Of a stretch of 17,104 nt of DNA, positions 14,574 through 17,104 are shown piece after piece (the first letter of the stretch is position 1; each line of letters opens with the position of its first letter). Source of the stretch: Candidatus Heimdallarchaeota archaeon (lineage in GTDB: Archaea; Asgardarchaeota; Heimdallarchaeia; Heimdallarchaeales; Heimdallarchaeaceae); assembly GCA_016839945.1 (NCBI GenBank), contig JAEOTE010000058.1:1-17104 (forward strand), in the 5' to 3' direction. Under the pieces are notes generated by a model. That model was not told the origin of the DNA. It saw only the letters and a list, made by a program, of their open reading frames with translations, and ran no database searches. The position numbers and the translations under genes were made by a program.

Positions 14574-16211
14574 GTGACAATGAAATTGACTCAAGAATTT
14601 GACCTAGGTGATGACACCGAAGATATTATTGGTCGTGGAACATGGATTGACAAAATAGCTCTCGATGTCATAGAAAGAAAAGATAAACTTGAAGGAGATC
14701 ATCCTACTCTTATCAGAACTGAAAGTGGTCTAGGAGCATCTGGTTTTCCGCATATAGGTTCTTTTGCTGATGCTTCAAGAGGATATGCATTCAAACTAGC
14801 TATTGAGGAGCAAGGAAGAGAATCTGAATTTATTCCATTTGCAGATGATATGGATGGTCTTAGAAAAGTACCTGTAGGAACTCCTCCAGAATTGGAAGAG
14901 CATTTAGGGAAACCAGTCAGTACAATTCCAGATCCCTGGGGATGTCATAAGAGCTATGGAGAGCACATGTCTACTTTGTTACTCGAATCTTTAGAAGATG
15001 CAGGGATTGAATTTAATGCTCAGTCAGCTTACAAGCTCTACACATCTGGCAAATTAGCACCAAATGTTAAAAAGATATTATCCAATGCTAAACTTGCAGG
15101 CGAAATAATTAAAGAAATAACAGATCAAGACAAATATCTTGAAGTTTTACCTTATAATCCAATTTGTGAAAATTGTGGAAGAATCTACACTACACAAGCA
15201 ATCAATTTTGATGAAAAGAAGGGATTAGTTGAATATATCTGTGGTGGAGAAGAAATTGGTGGTAGAAAGTATGAAGGTTGTAACCATAGAGGTTGGTCCG
15301 ATATATCTAAAGGTGAAGGAAAACTAACTTGGAAGGTTGAATTCGCAGCAAGATGGGATTTACTGCAAATTGATTTTGAAGCTTTTGGAAAAGATATCTT
15401 TGAATCAGTTATGTGTAACGACAGAGTTTGTAAGGAGATACTCGGATATGAACCACCTGCACATGCACGTTATGAAGTGTTCTTAGATAAAGGAGGTGCA
15501 AAAATATCCAAATCTAAAGGAAATGTTATTACACCACAGGATTGGTTAAAATATGGTTCAGCTCAGTCACTAGCTTTACTAACATACAAAAGAATGACTG
15601 GTACTCGATCTTTAGCAATTGATGACATACCAATTTATATGAAAGAAATGGATTACTTGGAAGATGTTTACTTCAATAAAATTAAAGAAAGTAATCCAGC
15701 TCGAAAGAGAAAATTAACTGGTCTATATGAATACTGCTGGCATCTTAAACCACCAGAGAATCCAACATTGCAAGTTCCTTATAATTTAATAGTAAATCTT
15801 GTAGCTGTTGCTCCTGAGAAATCTCGAGAAGAATTTCTTGAATCTAGATTGATGGAATATGGATATCTAAAGGATGGTGCAAAACTTAGTGATATTAAAG
15901 ATAGATGTGATTATGCTACAAATTGGGTAAATGATTTCAAGAGTGTAGAAGATATCAAAATAGATTTGATTAATGAACAAAAAGCAGCAATTAAAACTTT
16001 GACAGAATCTCTTAAAGGATTAGAAGAAGCTGATGCAATTCAAAACGCAATCTTTGAAACAGCAAAAAGTCATGACATTAAACCAAGAGATTTCTTCAAG
16101 CTATTATACCAAATATTACTTAATACTGATCGGGGACCAAAACTAGGACCCTATATCCATACAATTGGAGTAGATCATGTAATTAAAACATTAAATAAGA
16201 ACCTAGAATAA
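14574..16211 (+). CDS. lysS: Class I lysyl-tRNA synthetase
   Basis: SGLGASGFPHIGS (HIGH-like), DDMDGLRKVP, Zn-knuckle cysteines CENCG and C..C, GKLTWKVEFAARW, EAFGKD, KISKSKGN (KMSKS-like) and GPKLG anticodon domain. ATG 14580 is an alternative start. Confidence 0.97.
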   Translation: MTMKLTQEFDLGDDTEDIIGRGTWIDKIALDVIERKDKLEGDHPTLIRTESGLGASGFPHIGSFADASRGYAFKLAIEEQGRESEFIPFADDMDGLRKVPVGTPPELEEHLGKPVSTIPDPWGCHKSYGEHMSTLLLESLEDAGIEFNAQSAYKLYTSGKLAPNVKKILSNAKLAGEIIKEITDQDKYLEVLPYNPICENCGRIYTTQAINFDEKKGLVEYICGGEEIGGRKYEGCNHRGWSDISKGEGKLTWKVEFAARWDLLQIDFEAFGKDIFESVMCNDRVCKEILGYEPPAHARYEVFLDKGGAKISKSKGNVITPQDWLKYGSAQSLALLTYKRMTGTRSLAIDDIPIYMKEMDYLEDVYFNKIKESNPARKRKLTGLYEYCWHLKPPENPTLQVPYNLIVNLVAVAPEKSREEFLESRLMEYGYLKDGAKLSDIKDRCDYATNWVNDFKSVEDIKIDLINEQKAAIKTLTESLKGLEEADAIQNAIFETAKSHDIKPRDFFKLLYQILLNTDRGPKLGPYIHTIGVDHVIKTLNKNLE

Positions 16212-16227
16212 AAGAAAGGAAGAAAGA

Positions 16228-17103
16228 TTAAATTTGGATTGAAAACAATTTTCTTGAGCTATCTGCTTCTTCAAATTGTACATCTGCCAATCTCTCTTTT
16301 TTGATATCAGAAAATGTTTCATCCAGTTTAACGATTTCAATTTTCTTAGAAAGAGAAACAGGGGTTTCTTCCAGAGCTTTCAGCTCAATAGCTTGTTTTG
16401 CTAGTTTTTCCTTTTCTTGAAGTATCTTGATTTCTAATCTGCTTAGCTCTCTGTCTTCAGCAATTTTCAAAGATTGCGATAGTAGTTTTTTTGCTTTATC
16501 CACATCTAATTCCACTAAAGCTAACTGTGATTGCAGAATGAGAGATTCTGCTAGAAGTGGATAAGCGTTATTCTTTTTTGCTAAGTCATGCATCTGAATA
16601 ACATACTTCTCTACTTTCTGTAGGTTCTCTTCTTTTCCTGAAATCTTTAAGTCTTTGAGAAGAAGATCACAAAGATTTAACAAAATATCATTTTGTAGCT
16701 TGTAAGGTATCTCTTCTTCCAGAAGACTTTCAAACAACACTTCAGACCTCATACGATCCTTGGAATCTTCACTTTCTTTTAAGAAGAAAGCTTCTGAAAA
16801 TCTATAACGTTGATTAAGAGGTTTGTTTCTAACTTCTGTATTAATCAGCTTAAATTGATCAAGGTATTGCTGAGCTAAATCTTTCTGATCTAATTCAGTA
16901 GTGTAGTAAATTAACTGCTGAAGGATAAAAGAAATCCAAATTTTGTTCCCAATTTCTTCATATAATTGTAGACTTCTTTGAGCAAGTTCTAGTGCTTTCT
17001 GTTTTAAGCCTTTTTGCCAGTAGATAAAACTGATTTCAAAGGATAGCTGACTTATCCCTGCACTAGCTTTTAGATTTTCAGACACTTTCAACCTCTCTTC
17101 TTT
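16228..17103 (-). CDS. TPR-like helical repeat protein, C-terminal part; runs off the right edge
   Basis: The frame stays open past the track's TTG (17091) to the window edge. Contains TPR-like helices (ALELAQRSLQLYEEIGNK; AKKLLSQSLKIAE). Confidence 0.8.
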   Translation of the reverse strand, partial: KEERLKVSENLKASAGISQLSFEISFIYWQKGLKQKALELAQRSLQLYEEIGNKIWISFILQQLIYYTTELDQKDLAQQYLDQFKLINTEVRNKPLNQRYRFSEAFFLKESEDSKDRMRSEVLFESLLEEEIPYKLQNDILLNLCDLLLKDLKISGKEENLQKVEKYVIQMHDLAKKNNAYPLLAESLILQSQLALVELDVDKAKKLLSQSLKIAEDRELSRLEIKILQEKEKLAKQAIELKALEETPVSLSKKIEIVKLDETFSDIKKERLADVQFEEADSSRKLFSIQI

Positions 17104-17104
17104 A

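Overview
AT-rich archaeal chromosomal segment. Class I LysRS, GGTGA/GGAGG Shine-Dalgarno motifs, TATA-like promoters, oligo-T terminators, a tungsten AOR and a helical-repeat protein suggest an Asgard, Heimdallarchaeia-like source (inference). The core is a convergent cobalamin cluster. On the + strand, an opine (octopine/nopaline) dehydrogenase abuts a fused B12-binding + TIM-barrel protein that aligns by eye with glutamate mutase GlmS+GlmE but lacks the glutamate-binding residues, making it a candidate uncharacterised AdoCbl radical mutase pathway. Upstream are an unannotated 44-codon ORF and an SD-sequestering hairpin. On the - strand is a split methionine synthase (corrinoid protein, homocysteine methyltransferase with a probable CTG start, reactivation domain) with no folate/pterin module. 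The window also holds a partial ArsB/NhaD-type permease, an alpha-helical barrel protein, an HxlR regulator divergent from an unannotated 51-aa Cys/coiled-coil protein with tandem operators, an APH(4)-like kinase, a Kelch surface protein, an MBL hydrolase, AOR, an aldo-keto reductase, lysS and a partial TPR-like gene. I saw no RNA genes, CRISPR arrays or mobile elements. All homology statements come from motif recognition and recalled sequences, not from searches.
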